The notes below the pieces were generated by a model, which worked only from the letters and a program-made list of their open reading frames with translations, did no database searches and was not told where the DNA came from. From Catajapyx aquilonaris (Eukaryota): 45,552 nucleotides of DNA. Position 1 is the first letter of the stretch, and each line of letters starts with the position of its first letter. Both the position numbers and the translations under genes were made by a program. This document shows, piece by piece, positions 24,073 through 35,418 of this stretch. Where the stretch lies: contig KZ538841.1 of the NCBI GenBank assembly GCA_000934665.2, positions 1 through 45,552 of the forward strand, read 5' to 3'.

Positions 24073-26403
24073 GCGAGTAAATACAACTAGATACCAGCTA
24101 TAACTATTTGCAACTCACATCGTCAGATTGGGCGTTTAATGGGCCATTATAATCATGCACAAGCTTCTTCCGCTGCGCACTAATTACAATGGGTGCCAAC
24201 TTGAAGGATGGCGTAATTGGATGATTGTTACGTCGTGAGGAAATTGCCGGGTGAGCTGCAATTATTGGCGGATGTTTACTGCGGAGAATGAGAGGGGTCA
24301 GCCCTTATTTTGGAGACGGGGGAGGGGGAGGGGGAGGGAGGGTTAGGAGGGGGGGGGGGGAAATATGACTAACGAGGCTGTTAACGCGGCCAGAAGCGAG
24401 AAGAGCTGAATAACTCCCGCTCTAAATGACACGCGCTCCCCAACCACTGTCATTTTCATAATGGCCGTACACTGACATTCTCTCTTGATTACAACCGAAA
24501 AAATGCGACTCGGACTACGCAGTTCATTCTACATTACAGCCAGGTTGTTTTTTCCCCCTCTTCAGGAAAACTTCCCCTGCAAAAATTGGGCTGCCCAGAG
24601 TTACCTGCCGCATATTTCACGGGTATTCCAGCTTTATGAAATGCTCAACCATATTTTCTATAACATATAATATAAATTAGCAAAATTTGGTACATAAGTT
24701 CATTTCTCAAGAACTCTGACTTAAAAAGAAGCCTGGGCACATCCAGCGAGTACACTGTAAAGTACTTGATTATGCATTTTAGTTTCAGTGTATGTATACT
24801 ACACCTAAAACCTGAGGTAATCCAGAAGCGGAAAATACCCTGTTTACAGGCTACTTGGCGGTATAGCAATTATGGCTTCCTCGGTTGTCTAATATCCCCC
24901 AGACGCAAGTGGCCGGTCTATTTCAAAAGTAGAGCTTACAGGCTTGCGCTTCATCCTCAAAACCCTGCTTCTGACCTCTTTCAAAAACTGTAAATAAAAT
25001 TCTCGGAATGGCTCATAAGAGTCATCCACATGTGCTGCCCATTTCCTGCTCCATTTAAAATAAAAAAATTATATCTGGTCTCCAGTACCGAACATAGTTA
25101 TTAGAGAATTGCATTAGTTGCTGAGGTCAACAATTCGTAACTTTTATCACATCAGTCGAGTCTACTGAACTGGGGACTGTAAGCTGTAACAAGCTTTCAT
25201 ACGTAGATACGGGAAAATAAACTGAAGTTTGCAGTATGCAAGTATGACAGATCTGAATTAGTACAATTCTCTCATTTGTGAGAGAATCGATGAAATGGAA
25301 GGAACGAAAAATAGTGATTAAGCGTTAAGGTATCTTGTATCCACTCTTGGGTTGAGAGTTTTTCCAGCAGTCTTCGGAATTAAAGAAAAACACAACGAGT
25401 CGCCTGAGAGAAAAATGACAATATACAGTATATAAAACTATCGAGTGATAATAAGAAAGTCGCTGAAAAAACATCCTGCAGTCCACATTGTTATGACATG
25501 CAGCTAACTGAAATGCAACATTGACTGCTCCATTCTGATGTAGGCTAAGTTATTCTGTAAGCCATTATGTATAGCCACTGTTATACTGGATTAGTAGCAT
25601 AGCAGCCTTGAGCCTTTCTAAAGGTACCGATTTTCATAGATCTTATGAATAATGTTTTCACACGACATTTTTAGCCAGATTTCCAAGTGTTTGTCTATAG
25701 GAATTCCCCAAAGTTCTTAATCCACTGAATCCGAGATTAACTTTTTGACAACGTAATGTCAGTTGGCTTTGCTTTACTCTGGAGGTCGTAACTAGTAGGC
25801 CCTCTATAATCCAACGCACCAGCTTAAGTTGAACCAAATATTCCGTCCACTGGCCCCCCAAGTCACCATTGAACTTTCCCCAACCCTCTCTCGAATAATC
25901 CCTCATTAGCCTCTGAAGCATATTAGTCTAAATCACGGTCCCTTGGCGATTATCCGTCTGCCCGCATGCACAAGCAAGCAAGGCGAAGGCGGCTCTTTGC
26001 AAAGATAAGCCACTATCGGTCGTAATTACTACCTCCAACGGCCTGCACCCACCCTTCTTTAGGTCCTTTCTGGCTACAATTCACCTGCACTTCCTCATCA
26101 AACTCCGCCCAAACCCTATCCAATTGCCTGTGCAACCACAACTAGCTCTAGTAAAAAATTGCACGGCTCCTGATGTTTACTTACCCTCAGTGTTGCCTCT
26201 TTGGGCATCGTGCTGATTTATATTCTATGGCCCATAATTTACCTGAATATTATTTTGGGACGGCTATAACTTCCCATGCTCATGCGAGTCCTGCAGTGGT
26301 CCTAATTTTGCCTAAATATGATCATGATTATGGGATAGGGTTTCGCTTTGTTGTAAACAGTCATTAGCGTTCATCATTGCCATACCCAGGATTTTCGGCT
26401 GAT

Positions 26404-26727
26404 CTTTCCTACTCGACGAAGTGGAGGGAGTCGGGGTGGAGGCGCTGGGGGCAGTTTAGAGAGAGCGTCCAAACGGTTACTGTCGCTCTTTGTGGCCCCG
26501 CCAGGGCAAGGTCAGTCCAATAGCCTGACAAATAGTTAATTACGGAGCTGGGCGGTTATATTGTGGGCTATGAAACAGAAAAAATTACTGTACTTTTTTG
26601 TGGCACCGTGTGCCAACGAACGTTAATGTAGCTTTGCCACGGCGAGATGAACTCGTCCATCCATTCGGACGTGCTATCTGAACTGCCCCGCGCCTCCCCC
26701 CTCCCCCTACTTCTTCGAGTAGGAAAG
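26404..26727. mobile_element. Degenerate MITE with long imperfect TIRs
   Basis: CTTTCCTACTCGACGAAGTGGAGGGAG...GGGGCAGTTTAGA versus TCTGAACTGCCCC...CTCCCCCTACTTCTTCGAGTAGGAAAG. Confidence 0.75.
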
Positions 26728-28099
26728 TTCTTCGGGTTTTTCTCTCTCTCTAAGAATTCAGCGGAATCGTATTAATATTCAAGAATTGTAAAAGCAGACC
26801 CTTGAATGAATTGCGTTGGCAAAAATGAGTGCCTGCAAGTGTCAGGTGCCTGCAGATATCCATTCCGGTAGGTATAAAAAAAGAATGCGAGTTTAGACTT
26901 GGTCGCTGGTTACATCAAAGCAGAGTCGATTTCAGACGTCGGAATTCCCCTGGAGATGAAGGCTTGTAATTGGTAATCGATGGATGGATGACGGCGGAAC
27001 AAAGTTGGCAGCTGGGATATATGCACATGAAACTCAGAATTTTGCATCGGTTTATCACCATACCTCGCTTCTTTAAGATCATTCCACACCCAGCAGCTCC
27101 CATTTTAAATGCGATTTACTGCTTAATTATTGCTTCTAATACACTTCCCGTGGCACATAACATTAATGCGATCAATGCAATAAATGTAGTAAGTACTCTA
27201 CATCATACCCCCTCGGTGCAATAAATGCAAAATATTTATGAAATGTGAACAAATGCTTTCCATCCACGCCACAGCTGCACAAAATGAAGTAATATGCTTG
27301 TATACCAGCATATTGCACTTTTATTATGATCTGATCACATATACAGTATGTGGTAATAAAATGCATATTACGATAAGGTGGTGTTTTTTATCGAGATGTC
27401 TGGTCATATGTATATAATTATGCAATTTTCATATACATACATTTTAAAGAACAATTATACGTTCCATATTTAAAAGTCGACACTTCTCAAGCAGAACTGC
27501 AACGACGTAGATATTTGATTCAAAGGCGTCGCTTAAAAAAACACGTGCAAATGACATCTCTCTCGGAATTGGGTTACACTGAATTTCCGAGCAAACCCCT
27601 GTGGATGGTTCAGTAAAAAAAGTGAGGACTCGGTGTGAAACTGCGGATTGGAATAACGCTCTTTTTTCCCAGCTGACATGAAATGTCCACATTAATTTCC
27701 ACTTTATAAACAACCAGGTACGTGATTTATCTGCCGTCGACCTAACTCGTGTTTGCCTTTTCTGCCTACTCTGTAGCGTAGGCCAGCGAACAAAAGCAAT
27801 TACGTCTGCGCCTCTTACAATCACTGTATGATTTTCTCGTATTGTCATAATTCCCCAATGCTGCATATTTTAGTCGCACGAACTTGACAAGAATCCTATT
27901 ATATTATGGCTATCTGCATTACAGTCACATGATATCCCAATGAAAGACTAACTTGTAGTGCATATTACACGACTTCAAATGATGCCAAAATGATAAACAA
28001 AGTCAGATGAAATCATTCCAGAGCCACTTGCAGGGTCTTTACGATAACTAAAAGGACATCTACACTCGCTGTAACACACTGTATATATTGACTTGGGCG

Positions 28100-28400
28100 T
28101 TTGCGACAAGGCTCTTGGGCCTTTGTTTCAAGATTTTCAATTGATCCGAGACTGTAGACCACTATACCGACGGATCCAATGTCTCATTCAAGTCGGGACA
28201 AATGGGAGCTCGTGTTTTCAATCAGTTACCCAACACCGTCTTTGCACCAGTGCTAATGTTCACTTCGGTATAATAGTACATAATGGTACTTTGTTCACAT
28301 AAGGGCAAAGAGTCCCAAGAATCAAGTAAGTGTCAAAATATGTTTGAAATATTTTTAAATATCTGATCGGTCTGTAGGATATCTTTGAGGATATATCCCT
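28100..28400 (-). pseudogene. Possible highly decayed Tc1-type transposase fragment
   Basis: The minus strand reads PICPDLNETLDPSV*WSTVSDQLKILKQRPKSL, resembling the Tc1 PxxSPDLNPIE..W...RP segment. Stops are present. Confidence 0.3.
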
Positions 28401-30160
28401 TATGATATTACTGAACAGTTCCTAGCTCGATTGTGTTTGCGGCGATGCAATTTAGTTATTTTTGTCTATAATTTGACTGAGTGGTAATTCCAGTTCGATC
28501 AGAGTGGAGGTGACCTGGCATAGTGCAGCAATTTCCCTTTGAACGCGAGCCATGTTTCACCCCAATAAATGTCCGTTGAAACCTGGCCAGCCGAGGTATT
28601 TCAAAGTTATGGAGGAGGCAGTGTGATGTGAAACGGTATGGGGATAGCTGGCAGACCACATTAAACTGCGGATTTACATGCGTTTCCCATTACACACACT
28701 TTGAGGGCTACTCCGCACCAATTAATTTAATGTCAACCGCAACTCTTGCTCCGGAAATGGACGAGTTCTTGCAATAGCACAGCAATCGATTCCAATATTA
28801 CACATTGTGTGCTTTGAAGGATTGCTTCAAATGTGACCTTTTCCACACAAAAAATACCTGCCTAATTCACCCGCTTGTTACCATGTGCTTTAAAACCCAC
28901 GCTTCGCATTTCCACAAAAGCCAGAATCGGTTTGGGTCAGTAACATTATACTTTGGGGATATCCGGAGGGGTGAATGGTGGAAGGTATGACAATCAGCAC
29001 GGATGGGTGAATGTCTGCGACGCAACGATCGTGTCGGTAAGAGGGCTTTCAAATGGCATAGACCTCTTCGTTAGCTCTAGGCAAAATTCAGCGCATAGCA
29101 ATAGGTTCCAGGTTGCAGTTGCGAAATAGGCATTTTTTTGCTTACTGGAGAACAAGGTTTTACCTACTGACATACACAAGTAAACTTTGACCCAATGGTG
29201 GTTGTGAATACAGGTTTGAGAGGTGTCTGATGATAGATTCGGTTCCGATCGAGGAAGCGGCTGAATAGCAGGGTGGCCATGAGTGTTATCGGAGATTGAG
29301 CGGCAGGGAACAGCTCTTCTGCATTCCCCGCCCCCGCCTCTATTGTGATGGACTCAATATTACGCTCCACTGACTCTGCTGCTGCTGAATAATCAATAGT
29401 GCTTCACAACTTCCTGGCGGAATATTTTTTTGAGATCCTCCCCACCTCCCCCATTCCGTTCCACATTTTTTCACCTAGTCTTTATTTCCAGAAACCCGTG
29501 TTTTTTCTGGGTGAGTCCAAATGTATATGTCGCAGCAGCAGGATGTTTCCAGCAGGAAAAACAAAATTGCAGAAGGACAACGTGCAACCAGAACTAGAGT
29601 GTATAGTTTCTGGCGGAGCCATTCTAGGCATTACTACTCTCTTTAATGTCCTGTTTCTTGACGATAAGGACGACTTGATGTCAGGATTTAAACCTGTCCT
29701 CTCAAACTCTAGACAGATATACTATACAAGCAGAGCTATTCCTTTATACAGGGTGAAGTGTTTGCCAACCAGCCATGGATTGAAACAAAAGCTACAAGGG
29801 AAAGGTTCCCGGATATATTCAATTTAACTTACACTTTGAGAGTTACCTTTCACAAAAGTCCTAATGATAGAAAGAAGAACAAAGTTTTGTTCGATTCTTC
29901 TTAACTTGTAAGACTAGAACGACTAGAAGTTGTAGCGTTACTTCTCTTTATTCCCTGTCTGTGTAGTGGATTTGGGAATATAATATTATCCAGAGAAAGA
30001 CCTTAAGTGCAGAGCAATCACAGTCACAATGTGATCGTTTTTAAGAAACATACAAGGTTGTCCAAAGTGAAAGGAACACTGCTTACAGGCCGGTTTCAGA
30101 AGGGGTATATAGATCAAGAGCACATTTGATGTTTTTTGGTGGTACAGTACTTTTACATAC

Positions 30161-30323
30161 ACAGTATGCTGAATCCGGATATAACAGCCTCGGTTATAAC
30201 AGACTTTCGGTCATAACAGACTCGAAAGGGCGGTCCCATCCCATTTTTATATGGTTTGTGTATTTGGTTATAACAGACCGATTGTCGAGGTCCTTTGACG
30301 TCTGTTATATCTGGATTCAACTT
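30161..30323. mobile_element. Short pogo/Tigger-type MITE (same family as 6546-7383)
   Basis: TGAATCCGGATATAACAG ... CTGTTATATCTGGATTCAACT, with repeated TATAACAG motifs. Confidence 0.8.
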
Positions 30324-30429
30324 TAAATATACTTCAAAAAGCTTTTTTGCCATATTCCTATTTTTGAAAATGACGTCTGATTCACTGAGTCATAACCAGT
30401 ATTCATTCAACAAAATTAGAAATGCGCAA

Positions 30430-30685
30430 GCATTTTATGAAAACAACTATGAAACTTTATGAGGAAGCAACGATTATCTCAGGCGATGGATCAATATACA
30501 AATTCCCATTACGCAGGGTGTTATACAAGGGGACCCATTAAGCCCGGTGGTGTTTAATTTATTCCTGGCCGATGTGAGAAATTTGTTCACCAAAGCCCAG
30601 ATTCCATGGATAAATCTAAGACCTGGCGTTAGTGACAAATTTTTCACAATTTGCTGATGACCTGGTTTTATTCGCCCAAAACCTA
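30430..30685 (+). mobile_element. Non-LTR retrotransposon RT fragment
   Basis: Translates to IPITQGVIQGDPLSPVVFNLFLADV... then, after a frameshift, QFADDLVLFAQN (QG..LSP and FADD motifs). Confidence 0.85.
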
Positions 30686-30857
30686 TAGGGTGGATTGCGA
30701 AGACGGAGTTTAAACGGCGGCTGAGTTAGATCGTGGTTTAAACCGGGGTTCCGCTTGCAAAGACGAGGTTTAGCCCAAGGTTTAGCCTGGAGAGAGGATT
30801 AAACCTTTGCTCAATTAGAGCGCGGTTTAAACAGGCCACGTCTTTGCAATCTACCTA
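30686..30857. mobile_element. Harbinger-like MITE abutting or interrupting the RT fragment
   Basis: TAGGGTGGATTGCGAAGACG ... CGTCTTTGCAATCTACCTA, with internal GTTTAAAC repeats. Confidence 0.7.
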
Positions 30858-31190
30858 TTAGGGGCTACCCATATGCTGACTAAGCTTTGAGGGTATTCGG
30901 AAAAAATTCATTAATAATTTAAGCTTGTTTGTTATTATCATGTACAGGGTGAAAGTAAACACTCGTATAACTGATAGTACTCGCAAAAATATAATATAAG
31001 GATGTGCAGTTAGTTTTTGATTCAGTTGCGTAGTTAATGCGTACGGCACCTTTAACACACACGCTCCACCTGTTTCAAAGAAGCAAGAGTCAGCTCGAGG
31101 GCCTCCGAAACATCCGGCTTCGGTCCCCTAACGTGCAATAGGTGATCAAATCCCGCCAGAGTAAGAATTCGGGTACGACCCGGTGATCAG

Positions 31191-31527
31191 GTCTTGACTA
31201 AGGTCTGGGGACGGAAGTCTGTGGTTTTACTGTAGCTGTGGGGACCAGTTCCAATTGTGGGGACATTTGTCGGTCCCCACAGTCTCACACACGCGAAGTG
31301 TACCATTACAGTGGGGACATGTGTAAATTAGTGGGGACATGTCCCCACTATTTTCATTTGTAGGGTTTCACAAAAGTCCATTTTTCTCAGCCTAGGTTAC
31401 TTAGGGTAGGGTAGGTTAGGTAGGGTAGGTTAGGTTAGGTTAGGTTAGGTTAGATCAGGTTAGGTTAGATCAGTTTACACTCGCAGTGAAAAGTGATCAA
31501 TGTCCGTCCCCACGCCTTAGTCAAGAC
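31191..31527. mobile_element. TIR element with an internal (TTAGG)n tract
   Basis: GTCTTGACTAAGGTCTGGGGACGGA ... TCCGTCCCCACGCCTTAGTCAAGAC; repeated GTGGGGAC motifs; TTAGG/TAGGG array at ~31394-31470. No TSD seen. Confidence 0.78.
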
Positions 31528-31782
31528 AAGAGTCTGTGCACTTTGTCTGTGAGTTATGCCCGTTACAACGAGCATACATGAGAAGTTATTGTTAAGTTTC
31601 AAGTACTTCTCACAGGGGAGGCACAAAAAGGACCTAAATTGGTATACTTATATAGACTACCGCGGCAGGTAAACTACTTATTAGGGCAGGAATATCGTGG
31701 GAATGACGAATCCATTGTGCTCAGTAAAATAGCCCAAACCCAGTAAAACGTGACAGAGAGGTACTCAGAAAATCCACCAAAT

Positions 31783-31896
31783 GAAGGGCTCTCTGGAATA
31801 ACCAGGTATGTGCACTTATGACTTTTTCCAGAGTTTTAAAGCGAAAAGCCTATAAGCCAGGTAAGTGCACATACCTGGTTATTGCAGAGAGCCTTC
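31783..31896. mobile_element. Small Sola1-like MITE
   Basis: AAAT|GAAGGGCTCTCTGGAATAACCAGGTATGTGCACTTA ... TAAGTGCACATACCTGGTTATTGCAGAGAGCCTTC|AAAT; 4-bp AWWT TSD. Confidence 0.82.
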
Positions 31897-32218
31897 AAAT
31901 ACAGTTGACTCATTGCTATATAAGAGAAAACGTCTTTCAGTGCGATCACTTTGTAATGGTACACAGGTTCCGGTGGTAAATTAATCAAAGTACAGTACTT
32001 GCTCAGTAACTAATAATTTATCATCTGCAAATCATGTAAAGAAGCAAAATGATCTCTTCCAATATTGTTGTCAGCTCCAGTCGCAATAACATTTACGTTA
32101 GTGAAGTTGTTCCCCATACCCAGGTAATATTGGGCGAAAATGAGAAGCTCGATTTTTGCTAACTGAAAAATTTGGCTTTGAAAATTAATGTTTTCAAACT
32201 CCAAATGACTATATAGAA

Positions 32219-32534
32219 CAGTGGTTCCCAACCTTTTCGTCATGACGCCCCCTTTTTCGTTTTTACCAAACACTCACGCCCCCCCCCCCCNNNNNNNNNN
32301 NNNNNNNNNNNNNNNNNNNNNNNNNNNNNNNNNNNNNNNNNNNNNNNNNNNNNNNNNNNNNNNNNNNNNNNNNNNNNNNNNNNNNNNNNNNNNNNNNNNN
32401 NNNNNNNNNNNNNNNNNNNNNNNNNNNNNNNNNNNNNNNNNNNNNNNNNNNNNNNNNNNNNNNNNNNNNNNNNNNNNNCCTCACGCCCCCCCCCCCCTGA
32501 AATCCTCTCACGCCCCCCAAGTTGGGAACCATTG
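32219..32534. mobile_element. hAT (Buster/Charlie-type) MITE spanning an assembly gap
   Basis: CAGTGGTTCCCAACC ... GTTGGGAACCATTG; perfect 8-bp TSD ATATAGAA on both sides. Confidence 0.9.
32291..32478. other. Assembly gap (N run)
   Basis: A run of n flanked by poly-C and CTCACGCCCC repeats. Confidence 1.
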
Positions 32535-33743
32535 ATATAGAATGAGTACTTGAGCATAATTATATATCTAATTTTTATGACAATTCTTGAAGATATATAA
32601 TGTTTTGGGTTGCACTTATTATTCAATGAAACTGATAAATGGAGTTAATGTGGCCAACTACTAACTGGAAACCCTCATAATAATCACGAAATCATTAAAA
32701 CGTGAAGTTGTCTGAATTTTCAGGTCTTCATACTAATGATAGCCATTCAAAAGTAAGTGCTAATAAGGAGTTCGGCTCAAACATTTCTCACAATAGAGCC
32801 ACTTGAATAATAATTATTGTAACATGAGTATGTTGTGACCCAGACAGCTGCATGAGTGTGGCAATTATTTTCTCCCCCATCCCCGCCTCCTCTTCTCCCT
32901 TCCTCCCACCAATAACCGTAACCGCTTAACAAGCCCAGTGTCATATCCTGACCAAACTGGCGGAAAGTACACCCCATGTGACAGCCATACTAATTAAAGT
33001 CTAATCCGAATCCACAAATTAATATCTGAAGAGCGGGTCATAAAATCAAATTAATTACCACCTCCCATTTGATTACTAATTAGTTTCAAAAATCTGTCCG
33101 CAGCGATTTATGACCTTGGCGTCAAAGGTATCCATGGAGTGGGAGCCAAACATCCCCAACAATTTGGCTAATAATTGCGCGCACTAGGATTCATGGATCG
33201 GAGTAAAAGTGGCCTGTCTATATTCTCCTGAAAATGGGCTGGATGTTGCCTTCGTGATCTGCATCCCAATAAGACTGCCTTTGCCTCCGGACCTTCTTTC
33301 GGAGCCATCATCCTCATTACCTTCATGCATATGGATGGGATTAGGATGGGGATTGGGACAGCAATGGGTACATGGCTCAGGCCCTCTCACTCGTCAGCCC
33401 TAATCTACTGTTGCATAGTCTTCCGGAAAGTCACACTGCCTGCCACATTCATGATGATACCTATAGAGTATGCAGATTAGAAAATCGCACAGCACCAAAT
33501 CTACTATCAACAGTATTTTCTTAGTATCGATTTCCGTTAGCCACGGAATCCTAAATACATCCCTCATCCCTAAATGCAGCAAATAATCTTCAGCAGCCTC
33601 AAGCCACTCCCAAACTAACAAGTGCTCTCACAGTATACTGTAGCTATACCCTATTCCTAAATCTGCACCTCCAAGTATACAACGTGACAGCTTTTTAATC
33701 ATGGTCTATAGCTCTGTCAAGGTGTACAGTGCATCAACTCTAA

Positions 33744-33852
33744 AGGTCTATTCTCATATCTGCGAATAGTCGAAAAATCGCAAGGAGGGTTTTCATTAAA
33801 TGAAAACACTCCTTGCGATTTTTCGACTATTCGCAGATATGAGAATAGACCT
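33744..33852. mobile_element. PIF/Harbinger (Tourist-like) near-perfect palindromic MITE
   Basis: TAA|AGGTCTATTCTCATATCTGCGAATAGTCGAAAAATCGCAAGGAG ... CTCCTTGCGATTTTTCGACTATTCGCAGATATGAGAATAGACCT|TAA. Confidence 0.92.
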
Positions 33853-35221
33853 TAACACTGCATTTTGCTTAGGACTCGATCAAAACTTAGTTTTTGGTAT
33901 GCCCACGATATTAAATAACTTTCTAGGCACACTGTATTTACAATGTGACAACTATAGTAATATTCGCCTGGACGATTGCTGCAGCGTACCTGTTGTGCAG
34001 ACTAGATGGAGCTTCGAAAATGCTACAGTAGAGTAACAAAAGTTTGTCCGGCAGCAGCAACTGCTAACATTAGGTCCCCTTTCTGGCAAATGAACGATCG
34101 TGGAATAAAAGCAGGCAAATTTTGCACGATGTGCCTGACGTGGCTTGCTTGCTTGCTTGCTTGCTTGCTGTGCTGGACGTTTGTTCCAGCAGCCAGTGTT
34201 CAGAGTGCTTCCGCCCATTCCCGTGTGCAACACCCAACTTCTATTCTGCTCAGCTGCTCTGCACACATTCATGAAAACAACCGCAAAGGTACAGGACACT
34301 CGTGACAACTTGAAAATACTTCCTTCCTGGAGTACCTACTCCCTGATGGCCTCTGTTCCAAATAATGATGACGGCTCGTCCTATTCGTCAAACAATTTGA
34401 CAAGGGGATAATAGACTACTACTGTAGAAATTGGCTTAAGAACGAATACACGGATGGTGCTTAGTATCTATGAATGCAGCAACCTCAGTGGCTTTCCCTT
34501 CCCAAAAAGAACTCGAAAAGACGTCTACTTTGGAACGTTTTTTCGAAAATTGGGATGATCTCTGGCGCCAAATTGGTGCGGCGGAGATCACTATGGTCCT
34601 CTACTAGAATTATTTAGCGTAGACAATATAGGATTTTCTACACCTCGGATGGTGGATGAGACGTATTTGGATTTTTCGCTAACTTTTATCCTGTTTGAGA
34701 ACATGTTCATTGGCTCACTTTCATCTGAGTGGACTTTGCATAGCCACCATTGCATTTCTACCGTGCAAACGAACTAATTGTGTTAATCCTATTGAACTCA
34801 TAATAGAAGCGGCATAAAATGTTGAAGTAGATTAAGGTATAGGATCAGCTCTTTCACTCGAAAGGACTTATTTTTAATACGCTCTCTGCGTTACGACCTA
34901 TCTTAGGACCTATTCTGAAATTGCATATTGATTCTCGAGAGAAGGATCTGAATAGAAGAAGCGAAGTAAAAAATTTCAGGAATTGACTCTGAATTCGGAA
35001 GTTGTAATTCTTGGTAAGCAATGTAATAGATGTCCCAAAAAGTAGCTCACATCTGTATCAGAAGAAATGTAGCAGTCTGCCGTTGGGAGGTTGGTTACTA
35101 TACTCTGAGACCAGACGTAAACGCCATTTTAAAAACAGAAGCTTTAAAAAGAATACAGTAGCACACTTTCCGCTGATTTCTACTCACTTATCAACGTACA
35201 CGTAAACTTAAGATAAAAAGT

Positions 35222-35418
35222 TCTCTTCGTATTCGCGCGGGTTTACTCGGGATGTTCCCTTTCCTCCCGCATTCCAAAAACCTCTCACTGTGTCATGCTC
35301 TCTTTGAACTCCCTTGATTACTTCGTTGATTGGTAATGATTACTGTGGTGGGCGCCGTGGTGTGATAAGGCCTTGTGAGGCCAGTACGCAATGAACCAAC
35401 CAACCAACCAACCAACCA
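35222..35418 (+). mobile_element. 5'-truncated SINE with a V-domain-like core and (AACC)n tail
   Basis: GCGCGGGTTTACTCGGGATGTTCCCTTTCCTCCCGCATTCCAAAAA resembles the V-SINE core GCGTGGGTTTCCTCCGGGTGCTCCGGTTTCCTCCCAC..CCAAA; the element ends in (AACC)n. Confidence 0.6.

Noticed and set aside
17050..29827. Numerous 60-142-aa ORFs, for example 17456-17875, 27444-27866 and 29399-29827
   Set aside because: They show no recognisable domains, mostly have non-ATG starts, and their lengths are expected by chance. Small exons of a spliced gene cannot be excluded without RNA data.
29748..30110. Complete Tc1/mariner MITEs starting at TACAGGGTG (also ~19177 and ~30943)
   Set aside because: Only single TIR-like ends are visible; matching opposite ends could not be found by eye.
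31394..31470. True telomere or chromosome fusion point
   Set aside because: The tract is short, degenerate, in a single orientation and enclosed by TIRs.
32221..32626. ORFs spanning the N run
   Set aside because: Artefacts of the assembly gap.
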